Virus record (IMG/VR): IMGVR_UViG_3300005611_000041
Strand: one strand, 5' to 3'
DNA: 51,354 bases
Source of the DNA: a virus
Shown: one piece after another, positions 8,701 through 15,901 of the stretch
How the letters are laid out: each line of letters opens with the position of its first letter
How positions within the stretch are numbered: position 1 is the first letter of the stretch
Program-made: the position numbers and the translations under genes
Notes under the pieces: generated by a model
The model's input: only the letters and a program-made list of their open reading frames with translations
The model's database searches: none
What the model was told of the DNA's origin: nothing

Positions 8701-8833
8701 TCACGAACATGCGACGAGCATCATCACCCCGCATTTTTTTCTGAGGAGCGTTCAACGCGATTTCTTCAGCTTGGCTGTAAAAACCAAACTTATCGGTCTG
8801 AGCTTTTTTGATCAGGCGTCTCAGAAAACCCAT
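5783..8833 (-). CDS. Large protein of unknown function (1016 aa), possibly a virion-delivered/polyvalent-type protein
   Basis: Long uninterrupted ORF. Motifs LILYVEEFQSDWGQTGRREG and PFVTDTESWNNLGMKYIFDRAAREGYDGVAFTPGEVQKNRW recall modules of phage/plasmid polyvalent proteins (memory only). I saw no polymerase or HExxH motifs. Confidence 0.6.
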   Translation of the reverse strand: MGFLRRLIKKAQTDKFGFYSQAEEIALNAPQKKMRGDDARRMFVKNGVTKQELQDLGLDDLFQQDRVTQDEILKVIEENRIEFTATEYKGSAPSNIGFDTDVLSFEEANQSFFVELDDGRKLTYFPYREARDGRFGVFADRFAIKAPGFGPDEVVGVLDTGPDATNFEFVDEVTEGMPVFREGSTDVIGRVKKEFDPESARITEILEDEDLARDALNVGYNRNENILSYIMDEDNESIRDFLFEGASLDVLDSTDKDILYDAAYFDMEQEYLDQPLERVTATVDGNPTPYSMVGNEEYGFNLSGSSDPRLLREGRNFLDDEVPGQEEARVQLSAALERYENIFEGDEGNLRWESSTLPGGENPVETVFKLKLPELLFSEEIHYPDAENQVFHVRTKDRLDKNGNLILYVEEFQSDWGQTGRREGFIEPEAIEYAESKAKDELEGLFDIYEGIKAKNSFTLPGFIDETVRALSEPYNIRDASPADSVKFGIRSRSMERIKSALDDHYDDVKTVAKQLRGDAITNSFSVDEKKAALKRIYEDAFYDSQRSQNFYLPEALKGRLLRIEQGDSFPIRSTTSFPSDPTLVRQTISDYVDTDDLPGIDKKIKAFSSPGLTNSSLPSVADFNKEAFGRLLQAFDAESYGKVNRDLNQQATKLLENTLELEGLPRDAMRRLKEAYNNFSTDEKAKKGAKMLSPYTSFVKKAPFVTDTESWNNLGMKYIFDRAAREGYDGVAFTPGEVQKNRWNNPGLIGAYDEQIPFSIKRIFNPSETTTGKPKGKTITVEDENGIKHTSRVFLLDESTKDGQTIGQKAAKRRGMYTIPPVGLLSLQMLPAEKVQAAEEEQKAKELERTFPDAMPSESAGILGALKGAGEVAYEGLSDLVIEPFMGMSGAEAAFEMGATPEEAEAARRKAIAMVDFETASPTGRRYKEAVKGGLGALGDYLMGQGEMGRTRSGMPIGPSRDPAQFLFQEALVPAAEAVTEGALGIIGLDPRDTAEMERVRQEAARPFIEAVQPI

Positions 8834-8868
8834 TTTTCGTTACTCATAATCATAAATTTTGTTACTTT

Positions 8869-9339
8869 TCATTGGCTGCGCCTAAAAAAGTCCATTTCTA
8901 AGCTTCCCACACCACCACCACTGTTAGCGTTGGCGTCAAAGCCGATATCATTCATCAGGCGAGCCATTTTCATGGCTTTCAGCTTTTTGCCTGCTTCCAT
9001 TTCTCTGTTTTTTATCGTTTTAGCCTTTAACCGACCAAAACGACTCATGTCTGCATCGGAAACACCACCTACAGAACCGTCCAAAGCGCCCATTTGTGAC
9101 AAATACCGGGCCATGTCCTCTCGTTGAAGCTGTTCGTCAAAAGCCATACGCGCATCACTTAACTCAGGGACAGGTTCGCGGTCTCTAGGCGAATAGTATC
9201 GGCGCATAGCGCCATACTCTGGGTCTTGGATCACCTCAAAGTATTGGTTTCGGTCTGGATCGAAGATGAAACCAAGCTCTTCGTACACTGGGTCACGAAA
9301 TGGGTTGTCGAAGATGTCGATGTCGTCTAAACCACTCAC
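8869..9339 (-). CDS. Hypothetical protein (156 aa, GTG start)
   Basis: ORF track. TAGTG overlap with the upstream stop. Confidence 0.55.
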   Translation of the reverse strand: MSGLDDIDIFDNPFRDPVYEELGFIFDPDRNQYFEVIQDPEYGAMRRYYSPRDREPVPELSDARMAFDEQLQREDMARYLSQMGALDGSVGGVSDADMSRFGRLKAKTIKNREMEAGKKLKAMKMARLMNDIGFDANANSGGGVGSLEMDFFRRSQ

Positions 9340-9581
9340 TAGTAATACAGCGTGTCGTTGATATCTTTCAGCGCGTAACGGATTTTAAGAAGCTCTGAAT
9401 TACGCTTTGACTCAACGCAAGCCATCATCGCCGCTTCCTGAGATAAAACCAGACCGTCGTGGCGCTTTGTCTCCTCGATGAGTAAAATCATCTCGCTCAC
9501 CAAAGTTGATGGCCCTGAATCTATCCACTCATCATGAAGTTGACGACTCATACCCTCTACATATTCTTCAGCCTCAGCCAT
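9339..9581 (-). CDS. Hypothetical protein (80 aa)
   Basis: AAGGAGG SD and a TGATG overlap. ORF-track entry 9339..9632 trimmed. Confidence 0.55.
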   Translation of the reverse strand: MAEAEEYVEGMSRQLHDEWIDSGPSTLVSEMILLIEETKRHDGLVLSQEAAMMACVESKRNSELLKIRYALKDINDTLYY

Positions 9582-9991
9582 CACGCAGCCTCCTTTTCGG
9601 TTATAAAATCTTCTTTCAACAGCTCCAACCACTCGTCAAGAGTGATAACCGCTGTCCGAGAGTTATCTCGCGCCATATTTTCATTAATCGCGTACAGCGG
9701 CAGGCATACCCTGATCGCTTTGTTGTTGAACTTGTATATCAAAACTGGCGTGTTGTCGCCACAAGCCGCACAAACCTGATCCCACCAAGCCGGTGCGTAC
9801 CACCAGCCAGACTTGTACGCCTTGCACTCAATCGAATGACGCGGGATCTGGATGTCACAAAGGTCAGCAGTCTGATATTGATCAAGGTTACGCTTGCACT
9901 GGAAACCAAGGGCGTGTTTATCGGCAAACGCATTGATGCGCTTCACGATGTCGCGCTCGAATGCCGCACCCTTGTTTCTTGAATCTGCCAT
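9581..9991 (-). CDS. PD-(D/E)XK nuclease, Holliday-junction-resolvase-like (Hjc/RecU type)
   Basis: KGAAFERDIV ... DLCDIQ ... IECKAYK gives the G-x-x-FE / D / E-x-K motif order. 136 aa. Confidence 0.55.
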   Translation of the reverse strand: MADSRNKGAAFERDIVKRINAFADKHALGFQCKRNLDQYQTADLCDIQIPRHSIECKAYKSGWWYAPAWWDQVCAACGDNTPVLIYKFNNKAIRVCLPLYAINENMARDNSRTAVITLDEWLELLKEDFITEKEAA

Positions 9992-10129
9992 CGCGCGAGT
10001 TTAGGCGAAAAAAAAATAGAAATAAAATTTTTGCGGGGTTACCTTTGCCTCGATCCTGCGATCAAGCCCTGCTCATCCATCCCCAGATTTTTGTTCATCC
10101 CGCAAAAATCGGGTGGGCAGGGTTCCTTC

Positions 10130-10954
10130 CTAGTAGAACATGCCCCTAGACATCGGGATCGAACCAATGCCGCCGAACATCATCTGCTGGCGCGGAGAGT
10201 AACCACCAAAACCGCCTCCGTATCCTCCGCCGAAACCGCCTCGGTTACTCAGCGCAGAGATCATCTGCATCATCTCGCGCATCATCGCCTGCATTTCTTG
10301 AACTTGTTGACCGTAATCAGGCTGTCGCCTTTGCGTTTCTAGTTGAGCTTGTCTTTCTGCGGGTAAACCAACAGAACCGCCGGGTCGCTGAATCATTTCA
10401 ACAGGTGGTTGTAACGGCGGCTGAATCGTCTGAGTGAGTTGTCCGCCTAAAGCAGCCCCGCGATCAGTTGGTTTTTCACCGCCGAATTTAGAAGGATCTG
10501 TTGTGTACTGCTTCGCAATCTCCAGAGCTTCTGGGTTTTGTGCGTACATTTCATTTAACGCGTTGTGATACCCGCGCATACTGCTAGAACCAGTGATCAT
10601 GTTGCCTGTCACTGGGTCTTTCCCTAAAAAAGCCATGTCTTGCGTTGAAACTCTTGGCTTTTCAGGCATCTGAAAACCGCGTTCAGCGAGCACTTCTTCC
10701 AACGATAGCGGTCTAGGCCCAGAGCTGCCTTGAAGCTGACCGAATTGTGTGGGTTGCGGCACTATACTAGCGCGAGCGCGAGCCATAGTGTTTTGCTTAA
10801 GAGGTTGCGGCTGAAAAAACGCAGGTTGGGGGCGGAATATCGCCTGCTGCATCATCGGCTGACGTGAACCAACGAATGCGGATCTTGAATTTTGAAACGG
10901 CGACATATACATCAGGAGCTGCCCGAATGTGGTTACGGCGCATAATGAGATCAT
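10130..10954 (-). CDS. Low-complexity Q/P/G/M-rich protein (up to 274 aa; start uncertain)
   Basis: Long ORF ending GGFGGGYGGGFGGYSPRQQMMFGGIGSIPMSRGMFY. There is no clear SD at any candidate start. Confidence 0.5.
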   Translation of the reverse strand: MISLCAVTTFGQLLMYMSPFQNSRSAFVGSRQPMMQQAIFRPQPAFFQPQPLKQNTMARARASIVPQPTQFGQLQGSSGPRPLSLEEVLAERGFQMPEKPRVSTQDMAFLGKDPVTGNMITGSSSMRGYHNALNEMYAQNPEALEIAKQYTTDPSKFGGEKPTDRGAALGGQLTQTIQPPLQPPVEMIQRPGGSVGLPAERQAQLETQRRQPDYGQQVQEMQAMMREMMQMISALSNRGGFGGGYGGGFGGYSPRQQMMFGGIGSIPMSRGMFY

Positions 10955-11399
10955 TTCAAGCCAAGGTCAAACGCAAGAGATTCGGCATACATATTTTTGG
11001 ATACTGAATGCGTAAAACCTTGCTATAGCTATCGCGCTCGCCGCGCTCGCTATATAGGGGTGTACGGGGGTCGCGCCACAGGCCGATCTCTCAGGCTTTT
11101 TCCGACCCTATAGGGTTCCTACTGCCGCGCACGGAATCGGCTGAGAGGCGCGTACAGGCGCTCAGAGAGAAGAAAACCAAGGTCGCGCAGCCTAATGGCC
11201 TAGACGTGTGTCGCCTCTGAGCAGGGGAGGGCCAGTACAAGTAAGTTAGTACTCACTAACATAAATGCGTAAGCCTTTGTTTTTATTAGCTTTTAATCCT
11301 ATTTAACATAATATCGGCATTTTTCCGAGATTTTGAGGGGCTGGGCGGGAGGCGGGGCCAGAACGATGTTCATTCTGCGATAGCGTCAAACCGACGAGG

Positions 11400-11930
11400 T
11401 TAGTAGTCTTTGTCGCTCATTTCCCCGTCCACGCCCAGCAGCTCGTTAAGCCGGTGCTTGATGTCTTCCTTCGTCATCTTCTGCAAGTCAGCGTTGATGT
11501 TCAAGTTCTGGCTGCGGTGGATCGTGAGGCCAGCGAGCTGGTTCAGCTCTTTCACTGCGCTAACCGCAGCGTTGTACGCTCCGCTCTCGAATGAAGTCTC
11601 GGCTATCTTCCACAGCATCGCTCCCGTCTTCTGCGGTGTGATCGCATACTTCTCACGCATCTCATCCTGCTTGACCCGCACCGCTCGCGTGACCTTTGGG
11701 AAGTCGTTGCCGTTGAGCATCTTGGTCGCTGCGCTCGCAGGAAACGAGAACCCAGCCCTTCGCGCTGCTTCCGTCTGCCCACACGCGCCTTCGGTGTAAT
11801 GCCACACGAAAGCCGCTTGCATGTCTGTGATGCCAGCCTCTTCATCTGCAAGGAAAGCCTTTGGCGTTTCCACCAACTCCTTGCGCTCTTTCCTCGGCCT
11901 ACCCGGCTTGCGCTTTACATCGTCAGCCAT
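11400..11930 (-). CDS. terS: Terminase small subunit
   Basis: Basic N-terminus (KRKPGRPRK), then ITDMQAAFVWHYTEGACGQTEAARRAGFS, an HTH typical of Terminase_2-type small subunits. Confidence 0.75.
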   Translation of the reverse strand: MADDVKRKPGRPRKERKELVETPKAFLADEEAGITDMQAAFVWHYTEGACGQTEAARRAGFSFPASAATKMLNGNDFPKVTRAVRVKQDEMREKYAITPQKTGAMLWKIAETSFESGAYNAAVSAVKELNQLAGLTIHRSQNLNINADLQKMTKEDIKHRLNELLGVDGEMSDKDY

Positions 11931-12082
11931 CCGCTCTCCTTCAGCTCGTTGAACAACCCCCGCGCCTCTTCCTCCGAAAGAGGCGCTTGCCCTACGCTGT
12001 CGCGTTCATCTGCATTCATCATAGCCCACTGCCTGAAGTTCTGCTCTTCGCTCGCGTCATCGTCCCACTCAAACTTTTGCAT
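11915..12082 (-). CDS. Small acidic hypothetical protein (55 aa)
   Basis: Below the ORF-track cutoff. GGAG sits 8 nt upstream of the ATG. Its 3' end overlaps the terS start by 16 nt. Confidence 0.35.
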   Translation of the reverse strand: MQKFEWDDDASEEQNFRQWAMMNADERDSVGQAPLSEEEARGLFNELKESGWLTM

Positions 12083-12099
12083 CTCGCTCTCCACAACCG

Positions 12100-12295
12100 T
12101 CAGGGTACGAGGGTGAGGGTACAGCGTCTCAAACTTTTTGAAAAACCTATACCCGTATTCCTTACTGCCTATAGGCTATATACTATTATTATTATTATTA
12201 TTAAATAGTAGTACCCTACCCTACCCTGTTAATAACTACATACAAATCAATCACTTACACCAAGTGCAAGCAGGGCACCTTTCAGGGTACCCTTA
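12100..12295. other. Candidate replication origin: AGGGTAC iterons in both orientations flanking an AT-rich (TAT)x6 tract
   Basis: AGGGTAC at 12102-12108 and 12116-12122. GTACCCT(ACCCT)x2 at 12211-12227. AGGGCAC at 12272-12278. Palindrome AGGGTACCCT at 12284-12293. (TAT)6 at 12184-12201. CCTATAGG at 12168-12175. The region lies immediately 3' of the primase gene. Confidence 0.4.
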
Positions 12296-14443
12296 AAACT
12301 CTTTGCTCCAAGTGCCACTAAATTTGTCGGCATTGCCGACTTCTACCTTTGTGTAGTCCAAGTCGTACACTTTTTTACCGTTACTCTTGCGCGGTTCCAG
12401 CCCGTGGGCTGCTAATACCCTGCTCGCATCTTTGATGTCGGGCATCCTTGGCTGGCTTATTCCGAGGTCTCTCAGAAGCTTTGTCATCTGCACTGGCTTG
12501 GTCTGGGTGCTGGTGAAATGGACGTGCTCAAGGATGAGGTCTTCGACGCTAGACTGGGTGCGATAGTACTCGTTTGAGTCTTGTAACATCTCTCGCTGCT
12601 CATGGTTTAAGTACCAGTCGGTGTTCGTGTACAGCGTCTCTTTGACCTCGGCCCAGAGCTGCTGCATTTCGATCCCGTGGTTTGCGTTGATGGCGGTCAC
12701 AGGCACCACCCAGAAGCGTCGGTTGCCGCTGGTATCGGTCAAAAACTCACGGGCATTGACGGAGGCGTAGAAGGCCGTGCGGCGCTGGTAGGTTGTGCTG
12801 GCGCGGTCATAAGGTAGGCGCAGCTCGTCGTTCTTCTTAGTTACGAAAGCTTTGAGCTGGTCGATGTCGGACTTCTTGAAAGTAGATTCAATCTCACCCA
12901 GCTCCACGATCCAATGGCTCACTGCCTGCTTCACGCTGTCCTTGTCGCTTGGGTTTAGTGTCGCACCCTCCAACAACCAGCCGTTCTCGTAGTCGCATAG
13001 GCGCTTAAACCATAGCGTCTTGCCCAATCCCTGCGCTCCTTGGAACACCAGTATGCCTTCCAGTGCTACGCCATTCGGCTCACAGGCCGCTGCTACGCAG
13101 GAAACCAGCCACTTCGTCATCAGCATCTCTTTAAGTGGCTCGTTGCTGCTGGTGATTGTTGCCAAAAATTCAGACAACCTGCTCGTACCATCCCACGGCT
13201 TGCTCTCCATCCACTCTTTGACTGGGTTGTACTCCCGTGCCAAGAGCTTGAGGTAGTCACGCACCTTTTGATGTGGCACACCGATTTGAATGCAGCGATC
13301 CTCAATCTCAATGAGCGCAGACTCGTCGCGCATATCGGCAATGAAGTCGGTGTGAGGGATGATGATCTCCATGTTCTTCTTGATCACGTTGTAGCGCACA
13401 TCGATCTGGTTCACCGTCAGTACACCGCGCACATTGTCTTTGGTGTTCAGGAGCCGTCCCTTCTCCGTTTTGTTCCAGTCGTATTCGACCGGCACCTCCA
13501 CACTATTCAGCTCAGGCATCAACTCACCCTCGATGGCGTGGTCGTTGTAGTCGCCCTTGCTCTGCGGCATCAGCACCTCGGCTTGAGCACCGATACGCCT
13601 CACTACCTGCGCGGCTTTGATCGCCTCTTGCTCACCCGTCTTTGAGTCATCGAAGTCTGCAATAAAGACGTGCTTTGCTTGTGGGAAGTAGCCGCTGATG
13701 GTTTCAGCGACTGGGGATAGGTTGAAGGCATCGAAACAAACCACGACGGGTTGCCCCAAGTCGGCAAAGTAACTGGCTCCTGTTGCGTAGCCTTCAACGT
13801 AGTTGATGGTGTGCGCTTGGCGCATCGAGCCGGGGTCAATGACGAAGAACGATCCCTTCTTCTTGGTGCCGGGCAAGAACTTCTTACCGCCTGCGTCATC
13901 GATGTACTGGAGTCCTGCGATCTTCAGCTTGGCATCGAGCACTGGTATGACCAATCTGTCGCCGTCCTGCCGCAAACCGTGGTTGGTCACGCCCTTGCGT
14001 TCTAGGTATGGGTTATCGTCTGTGGCTTCTGGGTAGCTGTCCCACAGCTCCTTGGCTCGTTTCGCAGCCTTGGCTTGGCGCTCTCCTTTTTCTCTTGCAG
14101 CCTGCTCACTGAGCTGCCTGATCTGTTCCCGCTGCTCTGGCGTCATCTGGTGGCGCTCTGAGTTCTCAGGCTTCCACTTTGCTATCGGTTCATCATTACT
14201 GATTGTGCGGTCACCGCACCGACCGAAAGGCACCTCTTGATCGAGCCATACCTGATACCAACCGACAAGCTTCTGCTTGCCGTTAACGTCCATGTAAGCC
14301 CTGCCGATGTCACCGCCCACCACCAAATCTTTGTCTGGTTTCATCCCGTTCTCGGCTAAGAAAGACTCGAAGTCAGCGCGGATGTCACCGCTCAATGGCC
14401 TGCTGAAATCCTTCTGATTGCCGTCGGTTATTTTCAATCCCAT
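12293..14443 (-). CDS. DNA primase / VirE-like P-loop NTPase fusion (716 aa)
   Basis: Toprim-type region (YLERKGV...EGYATG...FDAFNL...IADFD). VirE-like region (QGAQGLGKT Walker A, WIVELGE, TSGNRRFW). Start trimmed to MGLKITDG, which has an AAGGAAA SD. Confidence 0.85.
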   Translation of the reverse strand: MGLKITDGNQKDFSRPLSGDIRADFESFLAENGMKPDKDLVVGGDIGRAYMDVNGKQKLVGWYQVWLDQEVPFGRCGDRTISNDEPIAKWKPENSERHQMTPEQREQIRQLSEQAAREKGERQAKAAKRAKELWDSYPEATDDNPYLERKGVTNHGLRQDGDRLVIPVLDAKLKIAGLQYIDDAGGKKFLPGTKKKGSFFVIDPGSMRQAHTINYVEGYATGASYFADLGQPVVVCFDAFNLSPVAETISGYFPQAKHVFIADFDDSKTGEQEAIKAAQVVRRIGAQAEVLMPQSKGDYNDHAIEGELMPELNSVEVPVEYDWNKTEKGRLLNTKDNVRGVLTVNQIDVRYNVIKKNMEIIIPHTDFIADMRDESALIEIEDRCIQIGVPHQKVRDYLKLLAREYNPVKEWMESKPWDGTSRLSEFLATITSSNEPLKEMLMTKWLVSCVAAACEPNGVALEGILVFQGAQGLGKTLWFKRLCDYENGWLLEGATLNPSDKDSVKQAVSHWIVELGEIESTFKKSDIDQLKAFVTKKNDELRLPYDRASTTYQRRTAFYASVNAREFLTDTSGNRRFWVVPVTAINANHGIEMQQLWAEVKETLYTNTDWYLNHEQREMLQDSNEYYRTQSSVEDLILEHVHFTSTQTKPVQMTKLLRDLGISQPRMPDIKDASRVLAAHGLEPRKSNGKKVYDLDYTKVEVGNADKFSGTWSKEF

Positions 14444-14454
14444 GTAATTTTTCC

Positions 14455-14484
14455 TTGCATCACGTTTTCCAAGATGTGCATAAT
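14455..14484 (+). promoter_or_regulatory. Sigma70-like promoter TTGCAT-N18-CATAAT for the plus-strand recombination operon
   Basis: Read in the 76-bp divergent gap between the primase gene and the SSB-like gene. Confidence 0.4.
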
Positions 14485-14519
14485 AGTACACCTTTTTGCA
14501 ATTACACAAGGAAAACGCG

Positions 14520-15230
14520 ATGGGAATCATAGCATCAGGTGGTGGGGGTGGAGACTTCGAGCAAGTCCCAGTGGGCACTCACAACGCAATTTGTTACAAG
14601 CTGGTTGACGCTGGCACCACAATGAACGAGTACCAAGGCGAAGTGAACAAGCGCCACAACGTATTCATCTTCTGGGAGCTGTCAGAGCTGCGTATGGACG
14701 ATGACCGGCCCATGTCGATCAATTGCCAGTACACGCTGTCCCTGAATGAACGGGCCAAGCTGCGTCAGCACTTGCAGGCGTGGCGCAACAAATCGTTCAC
14801 CGAGGAAGAGCTGAAGTCGTTTGACCTGACCAAAATCTTGGGCACGACTTGCAAGGTCGATGTTGGTTTAACCAGTGGCGGTAACGCCAAGGTAGTCGGT
14901 GTCTTCTGCGCTGACGGTGGTGCGAAGAAAGCCGCGACGGTCAACGAACAGGTGGTTTTCGATCTGGAAGACTACTGCCGCGAGTTCTCTGGCGAGTCAG
15001 ATGAAGCCAGCAAGAAAGCTTGCGACATCTTTGAGGAGCTGCCTCGTTTCATGCAGTGGCAAATCGGTGGGTGCGATGAACCGGGTAAAGAACCCATCGA
15101 TCCATGCTTTGAGCTGCAAGCGGCGATGGCTAAGGGCAAAAGCAAGCCTGCGCCAGTGGCGGAAGCGCCGAAGCAAGAAGAAGCGCCTGCCTTGGCAGAC
15201 GATGACTTTGAAGACGATATTCCGTTCTAG
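14520..15230 (+). CDS. SSB-like protein (236 aa) with an acidic C-terminal tip, DDDFEDDIPF
   Basis: The N-terminal two thirds resemble DUF669-type phage ssDNA-binding proteins (memory). The last residues copy the bacterial SSB tip, D-D-D-I-P-F. Confidence 0.55.
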   Translation: MGIIASGGGGGDFEQVPVGTHNAICYKLVDAGTTMNEYQGEVNKRHNVFIFWELSELRMDDDRPMSINCQYTLSLNERAKLRQHLQAWRNKSFTEEELKSFDLTKILGTTCKVDVGLTSGGNAKVVGVFCADGGAKKAATVNEQVVFDLEDYCREFSGESDEASKKACDIFEELPRFMQWQIGGCDEPGKEPIDPCFELQAAMAKGKSKPAPVAEAPKQEEAPALADDDFEDDIPF

Positions 15231-15238
15231 GGTGCAGT

Positions 15239-15655
15239 ATGACTAAGAAAAACCAAAACCGTAGAGGTATGAAAGCAGCAATTGTGCGCGAGTATTTGGA
15301 TAAGCACGGCTTTACCAGACCAGAAGTTTTGGCGGCTGAGTGCTCTGTGAGCGAAAGCTATGCGGGAAAGCAGTTGCGGATCTGGAAGCTCAAAACCAAG
15401 AGCTGGGAAGCGCAGTCCCCGAAGGCAGCAACAAAGGCAGTCTCTGACGGTAGCACGGCCTCGTATTACGAGCTTCCAGCGGGTGCCAAGGAACTGCAAG
15501 ACCTGATCTCGCATAAGAACATGAACGCGCAGATCGGTGAGATCTTTCGAGCGGCGTATCGTTATGGTGCGTCATCACACTCTGATGAGCTGCGCGATGC
15601 AAAGAAGATCAAGTTTTACATCGACGCTGAGATTAAGCGTCTGGAATCGCTGTGA
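15239..15655 (+). CDS. Hypothetical protein with a DUF3310-like C-terminal domain (138 aa)
   Basis: YYELPAG..ELQDLI....NAQIGEIFRAAYRYG......DAKKIKFYID pattern (from memory). Confidence 0.45.
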   Translation: MTKKNQNRRGMKAAIVREYLDKHGFTRPEVLAAECSVSESYAGKQLRIWKLKTKSWEAQSPKAATKAVSDGSTASYYELPAGAKELQDLISHKNMNAQIGEIFRAAYRYGASSHSDELRDAKKIKFYIDAEIKRLESL

Positions 15656-15759
15656 GTCCGCGCAAACTGGCTGAATCGGCCAGATTGCCAACCTTTACTT
15701 CATATGCTGTGATAGGAGCATTTGGCGCTGGTTTGCTGATAGGGATTGGTCTTGGCTAA
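15652..15759 (+). CDS. Possible 35-aa membrane peptide (VSPRKLAESARLPTFTSYAVIGAFGAGLLIGIGLG)
   Basis: GTGA overlap with the upstream stop and one hydrophobic helix. Very short and not in the ORF track. Confidence 0.2.
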   Translation: MSPRKLAESARLPTFTSYAVIGAFGAGLLIGIGLG

Positions 15760-15856
15760 GGGTTCCATCACGACCCTCCAACAGCGTTCCCGTCCGCTGA
15801 GCCAGAAGGCGGGATCTTTCAGGGCCGAGTGATTGAACACGCTCTCCTGCACGTTG

Positions 15857-15890
15857 CTCAGTCCGTGTGCCCGAAGACTGAGCCTTTTTT
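15857..15890 (+). terminator. Rho-independent terminator or attenuator
   Basis: CTCAGTC-N12-GACTGAG stem followed by CCTTTTTT. The next gene's SD, AGGAGAA, follows immediately. Confidence 0.55.
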
Positions 15891-15901
15891 AGGAGAACAA
15901 T

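Noticed and set aside
10148-10175. tRNA-like T-arm on the minus strand (ATTGG-TTCGATC-CCGAT)
   Set aside because: No matching acceptor stem, D-arm or anticodon arm could be built around it. It lies inside the coding frame of 10130..10954 (…GGIGSIPMSRG…).
11105-11116. T7-like promoter resemblance of ACCCTATAGGGT and the other CTATAGG motifs
   Set aside because: No single-subunit RNA polymerase gene is recognisable in the genome, and the flanks do not match T7/T3/SP6 consensus. It is kept only as a repeated palindromic motif of unknown role.
13040-13645. Long antisense ORFs inside large genes (e.g. 13040..13645, 9506..9982, 25220..25855, 44298..44993, 21685..22074)
   Set aside because: Each is fully embedded opposite a gene with clear motifs (primase, resolvase-like, virion proteins, portal). 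They are typical shadow ORFs with biased composition and no start signals.
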